Shown piece after piece: positions 59,745-64,000 of a DNA stretch of 64,000 bases; position 1 is the first letter of the stretch, and the number at the start of each line of letters is the position of its first letter. Under the pieces are notes generated by a model. The model did no database searches. It saw only the letters and a list, made by a program, of their open reading frames with translations, and was not told where the DNA came from. The position numbers were made by a program, and so were the translations under genes. This DNA comes from an uncultured Actinomycetota bacterium (GTDB lineage Bacteria; Actinomycetota; Actinomycetes; Mycobacteriales; Jatrophihabitantaceae), in the NCBI GenBank assembly GCA_963737425.1, contig CAVTSX010000008.1:353681-417680 (forward strand), given 5' to 3'.

Positions 59745-61223
59745 GTGCCGCTCCGCCCTGCACCATCCGGCACTCAGGCGCGACGACACGCTCACACCGA
59801 CCGGTTAGGGTTTCCCACCGTGGCGGGGCAGCACGCGGCACGAACCCGCACAGGCACGTCATTCGCCGTCGTTGTCGCGATCGTCCTTGCCGCGGTCGCC
59901 GGTTCGGGCGCGTACCTCGGGTCCTGGCAATGGCGGCTACATCACCAACCGGCGCGGCCCAAGCCCACTGTCAACGTGCCGGCGTTGGCGCTGGCACAAG
60001 CCACCGTGCCACCGCAGGCGGTCGTCTCGTCGCCGGCGCCGATCCCCAAGGCGGCGGTACTGGCAGCGGCGCTGCGGGCGCCGCTCGCCGACCCGAAACT
60101 CGGCGCCCACACCCTGGTCGAGGCGCGTGATGCGTCGACGGGCACCGTCCTGTTCAACCGCGGGGGCACGGTCGCGGCGCCGCCTGCGTCCACCGCCAAG
60201 CTCGCCACGGCAATCGCGGTGCTCGCCGTCCACCGCCCGAGCGACCAGATCGTCACCCGCGTCGTGCGCGGCGCGCCGGGCACCGTCGTGCTCGTGGGCG
60301 ATGGTGATCCGACGCTGACCGCAGCCCTCACCGGCAAGGCCGGCGCGTACCCGGACGCCGCGCGGGTCAGTGACCTCGCCCGGCAGCTGCGCGGCGTCCC
60401 GATCGCGCGCATAGTCGTGGACGGATCCCGCTACGGGGGCCCGGCCGTGTCGCCTCATTGGGCGCCCGAAGACATCCCGAGCGACTACGCGGCGCCCATC
60501 ACGGCCGCGATGGTCGACGGTGGCCGCAATGCGCCCGGCGACGTCATCCGCAGCACGGCGCCCGACCTTGCCGCCGGAAAGGCGCTCGCGGCGGCGCTCG
60601 GGAAGACGGGCCTGCCGGTGAGCCGCGGGACGGCGCCACCGAACGCCCCGACGCTCGCCGGCGTCCGATCCGCGCCGATCGGTGATCTTGTCTCGCAGAT
60701 GCTTGCCGCCTCGGACAACGTCATCGCCGAGAGCCTGGCCCGGCAGGTCGCGATCGCCAAGCATGAGCCCGCCTCGTTCGCCGGGGCGGCGATCGCCGTC
60801 CGCCACGTGCTGCTCGGCCTCGGCGTCGACGTCGGCACCGGCATGTTCGACGGCAGCGGCCTGGCCGCCGCTGACCGGATGACGCCGGACTCGCTCGTGC
60901 AGATGCTGCGAGTCGCGTCGGCGTCCAGGCATCCGGCGCTGCACCTCGTCATCGGCGCGCTGCCGATCGCGGGTTGGAGCGGAACGCTCGCCGGCCGCTA
61001 CACCAGTCCGTCGGCAAAGGCCGGCGCGGGACTGGTGCGCGCGAAGACCGGCACGCTCACGTCCGTGTCGACGCTCGCCGGGCTGGCGCATGACGCCGAC
61101 GGCCGGCTGCTCGCATTCGCCGTGATGGCCGACCGGGTGGGCCGAACGGCGGCCGACACCGCGGCGGCGGAAGCCGCGATCGACCGCATTGCGGCCACGC
61201 TCGCCGGCTGCGGCTGCCCCTGA
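59745..61223 (+). CDS. dacB: D-alanyl-D-alanine carboxypeptidase/endopeptidase (PBP4, S13 family)
   Basis: SxxK (PASTAKLAT), SxN (AASDNVIAE), KTG (RAKTGTL). The true start is probably downstream of 59745 (for example GTG at 59820), because 59745 is only 15 nt from the divergent ppa start. Confidence 0.85.
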   Translation: MPLRPAPSGTQARRHAHTDRLGFPTVAGQHAARTRTGTSFAVVVAIVLAAVAGSGAYLGSWQWRLHHQPARPKPTVNVPALALAQATVPPQAVVSSPAPIPKAAVLAAALRAPLADPKLGAHTLVEARDASTGTVLFNRGGTVAAPPASTAKLATAIAVLAVHRPSDQIVTRVVRGAPGTVVLVGDGDPTLTAALTGKAGAYPDAARVSDLARQLRGVPIARIVVDGSRYGGPAVSPHWAPEDIPSDYAAPITAAMVDGGRNAPGDVIRSTAPDLAAGKALAAALGKTGLPVSRGTAPPNAPTLAGVRSAPIGDLVSQMLAASDNVIAESLARQVAIAKHEPASFAGAAIAVRHVLLGLGVDVGTGMFDGSGLAAADRMTPDSLVQMLRVASASRHPALHLVIGALPIAGWSGTLAGRYTSPSAKAGAGLVRAKTGTLTSVSTLAGLAHDADGRLLAFAVMADRVGRTAADTAAAEAAIDRIAATLAGCGCP

Positions 61224-61335
61224 CGCGAGTTGTCATACCCGCGGCGTTTGGTCGTGCGCGGAACGTGTGACCACCCGGGGCGGCGGGGCGATGTCGGTAC
61301 CGTGGCGCCATGAGCGCGTTCGGGCTGAGCGGTCC

Positions 61336-62382
61336 ATGAGTCCACTGATCGACTGGGACCTTGCGGCCCGCTCGGCGAAGAACATGAGCCCGCCGCCGCC
61401 GCAGGTGTCTGCCGCCGAGGCCGACGCGGTCGTCGGCGAGCTCTACCGGTGCGCGTCCGTTGCGGCGCAGCACGTTGCCGAGTTGACGCACCTCACCGAA
61501 CCGCCGGTCACGGCGCTCACCCGGGTTGTCGACCGCGCCAGCTGGATAGACGTCAACGCCAGCGGCATGCGTCAGGTGATGACGCCGCTCGTCGACCGGC
61601 TCGCCGCGGCGAGCAAGGCCGGGCGTTTCGCCGAGTCCGTCGGCGGACGCGTCACCGGCGTCCAGGCGGGGGCGGTCCTGGGCTTCCTGTCCGGCAAGGT
61701 GCTCGGCCAGTTCGAGTTCTTCGACCAGCCGGACGGCCAGCTGCTTCTGGTCGCTCCGAACGTGGTCAGCGTCGAGCAGCAACTGGGCGTCGACGCGTCC
61801 GACTTCCGGCTGTGGGTGTGCCTGCACGAGGTCACCCATCGGGTGCAGTTCAGTGCGGTGCCGTGGATGCGCCAGCACCTGCTGGACGAAGTCGGCGCGC
61901 TGTCCGAAGGCATCGAGACCGATCCCAGCGTCTTGCGCGAACGTGCCCGCGACGCCCTTGGTGAGCTGGTCAAGGTCATCCGCGGCCAGGGCGACGGCTC
62001 GGGATTGATGACCGCGCTCGCCACCCCGGAACAGCGGGCCGTGATCGATCGGGTGACTGCCTTCATGTCACTCGTCGAGGGGCACGCCGAGTACGTCATG
62101 AACGCCGTTTCGCCGGACGTCATCCCGACCCAGAAGCTGATCGAGGATCGCTTCGGGCTGCGCCGGCGCCGTGGCGGCAATCCGCTCGACCGTCTGCTGC
62201 GCCGCCTGCTCGGCCTCGACGCGAAGACGCGCCAATACGTCGACGGCGCTGCATTCGTCCGTTACGTCGTCGGCAAGGTCGGCGTGGACGGATTCAACGT
62301 CATCTGGACCTCGCGCGAAACGCTGCCCCGCAAGGACGAGATAGCGTCGCCGGCCGACTGGCTCGCCCGGGTACACGGCTGA
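61336..62382 (+). CDS. Zinc-dependent metalloprotease (DUF2342 family)
   Basis: Start MSPLIDWDLAAR. HExxH (CLHEVTHRVQF). Conserved position between dacB and tilS. Confidence 0.8.
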   Translation: MSPLIDWDLAARSAKNMSPPPPQVSAAEADAVVGELYRCASVAAQHVAELTHLTEPPVTALTRVVDRASWIDVNASGMRQVMTPLVDRLAAASKAGRFAESVGGRVTGVQAGAVLGFLSGKVLGQFEFFDQPDGQLLLVAPNVVSVEQQLGVDASDFRLWVCLHEVTHRVQFSAVPWMRQHLLDEVGALSEGIETDPSVLRERARDALGELVKVIRGQGDGSGLMTALATPEQRAVIDRVTAFMSLVEGHAEYVMNAVSPDVIPTQKLIEDRFGLRRRRGGNPLDRLLRRLLGLDAKTRQYVDGAAFVRYVVGKVGVDGFNVIWTSRETLPRKDEIASPADWLARVHG

Positions 62383-62397
62383 ACGAAGGAGCCGACG

Positions 62398-63387
62398 ATG
62401 GGACCCCATCCGGCGGTCGCGCAGATCCGGCGGGCGGTTCGGGCGGCTGTCTCGTCGGATGACGCCGTACTGGTCGCCTGCTCCGGCGGAGCGGACTCGT
62501 TGGCGCTGGCCGCGGCGGCCGCATTCGAGTGCCGCAGCCAACGTGCAGCGCTGATCACCGTCGACCACGCATTGCAGCCGGGCTCGGCTGAGCAGGCGGC
62601 GGCCGTTGCCGCAATCGGATACGAGCTCGGCTTCGACCCAGTCGAAACCGTCCGGGTCGAGGTCACCGGCAACGGCGGGCCGGAGGCCAATGCCCGCGCC
62701 GCCCGCTACGCCGCGATCGACGCGACCGCGGCCGCACTGGACGCGGTGGTGCTGCTCGGGCACACGCTCGACGACCAGGCAGAGACGGTGTTGCTCGGCC
62801 TCGGCCGGGGTTCGGGCCCGCGCTCGATCGCCGGGATGCGACCGGTTGCCGGACGCTACCGTCGCCCGCTGCTCGGCGTTCGCAGGTCGACGACAGAGGC
62901 AGCCTGCCGTGCACTCGGCCTGGCGCCGTGGCGCGATCCGCACAACGACGACCCTTCGTTTCAGCGCGTCCGGCTGCGACGCGAGGTGCTGCCGCTGCTC
63001 GAGGACGTCCTGCAAGGCGGCGTCGCCGAGGCGCTCGCTCGAACTGCAGCCCTGACCCAGGCTGATCTCGATGCCTTGGACGACATCGCCGAGCAAGCCT
63101 TGATCGACTCGGCTCCAGCCGCGACGGGTGGCGGAGCCGGCAGAGATGATCATGAAACTCTTGACGTCGCCGGCCTCGATCGACAGCCGCGCGCCGTACG
63201 CACGCGCATCATTAGGGCGTGGGCGACTGCGGGCGGTGCCGGCTCGCTCGCGGCCGTCCACCTCGCCGCTCTCGACGCGTTGGTGACCGACTGGCATGGT
63301 CAAGGGGCGGTCGACCTGCCCGGCGGGTTCGCGGTCGTCCGGGCATCTGGCAGGCTGCAGGTGCAAAGCAGGCCGCCTGAGGAGTGA
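62398..63387 (+). CDS. tilS: tRNA(Ile)-lysidine synthetase
   Basis: PP-loop [30 protein letters not shown]. Confidence 0.9.
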   Translation: MGPHPAVAQIRRAVRAAVSSDDAVLVACSGGADSLALAAAAAFECRSQRAALITVDHALQPGSAEQAAAVAAIGYELGFDPVETVRVEVTGNGGPEANARAARYAAIDATAAALDAVVLLGHTLDDQAETVLLGLGRGSGPRSIAGMRPVAGRYRRPLLGVRRSTTEAACRALGLAPWRDPHNDDPSFQRVRLRREVLPLLEDVLQGGVAEALARTAALTQADLDALDDIAEQALIDSAPAATGGGAGRDDHETLDVAGLDRQPRAVRTRIIRAWATAGGAGSLAAVHLAALDALVTDWHGQGAVDLPGGFAVVRASGRLQVQSRPPEE

Positions 63388-63941
63388 CATTGCCGTCAGC
63401 GCTCGACGGCGACATCGAGGCCGTGGTCGTCACGGCTGACGAGATCGCCGACAAGACCACCGAACTGGCCAAGATCATCGACGCCGATTACGCCGACCGC
63501 GAACCTCTGCTCGTCGGTGTGCTCAAGGGCGCGGCGATGTTCATGTCCGACCTCGCACTGGCCCTCGAACGTCCATCGACGATGGAGTTCATGGCCGTGA
63601 GTTCGTACGGTTCATCGACGACGTCGTCGGGTGTCGTGCGCATCCTGAAGGATCTCGACCGCGACATCGCGGGCCAGCACGTCCTGATCGTCGAGGACAT
63701 CATCGATTCCGGGCTCACCCTGTCGTGGCTGCTGAAGAACCTGCACAGCCGCAATCCCGGATCAATCGAGGTCGTCGCGTTGCTGCGCAAGCGCGAAGCG
63801 GCGAAGGTCGACGTTCCGGTCAAGTACGTCGGCTTCGACATCCCGAACGAGTTCGTCGTCGGCTACGGCCTCGACTACGCCGAGCGGTACCGCAATCTGC
63901 CCTACATCGGCCGTCTGAAACCGTCGGTCTACGGCGGCTGA
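63384..63941 (+). CDS. hpt: Hypoxanthine phosphoribosyltransferase
   Basis: GTGA overlap with til[17 protein letters not shown] motif [21 protein letters not shown]. Confidence 0.95.
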   Translation: MTLPSALDGDIEAVVVTADEIADKTTELAKIIDADYADREPLLVGVLKGAAMFMSDLALALERPSTMEFMAVSSYGSSTTSSGVVRILKDLDRDIAGQHVLIVEDIIDSGLTLSWLLKNLHSRNPGSIEVVALLRKREAAKVDVPVKYVGFDIPNEFVVGYGLDYAERYRNLPYIGRLKPSVYGG

Positions 63942-64000
63942 GAACGTGCCCAGAGCGCGCTCGGCTGCCGGTCCGGCGGGTACGGGCGAGGCGGAACGCC

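Overview
This is a high-GC (about 70%) actinomycete chromosomal segment that is gene-dense on both strands. I found no rRNA, tRNA, CRISPR array, transposase or integrase.

The recognisable core, by coordinate:
- **1-7305:** a seven-gene minus-strand operon, telA-like / small protein / AAA+ ATPase / glnX-like / glnH / unknown / pknG. The pknG 5' end is absent from the ORF track and runs off the left edge.
- **7631-23519:** rex-hemA-hemC-(cobA/hemD)-hemB, then hemL, then the cytochrome c maturation genes resA-ccdA-resB-ccsB.
- **37569-55822:** scattered futalosine-route menaquinone genes (UbiD/UbiA/UbiX-like, mqnE, mqnA, mqnC, menG).
- **59227-63941:** ppa-dacB-metalloprotease-tilS-hpt.

The most unusual content:
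1. **Ten-gene minus-strand block, 37148 to 26608.** A two-component system is followed by eight translationally coupled genes. These join an ApbE / ferric-reductase-membrane / NuoF-like / ferredoxin redox module to a GT2-GtrA plus two GT39 glycosylation module. The block is headed by a Tat-signal Ser/Thr-rich mini-protein with no recognisable FMN-binding domain.
2. **Two families of about 64-89 bp dyad elements.** Each is built from two direct plus two inverted copies of a short core. Family 1 (core GGTGGGCA) has five copies. Three sit inside genes, all in the same reading phase.
   - Family 2 (core TTGAGTGGTGC) has two copies, each just upstream of a menaquinone gene.
3. **A (GGAD)n triplet-repeat micro-ORF**, plus several decayed gene remnants.

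All functional calls come from motif recognition by eye. No database search was possible.
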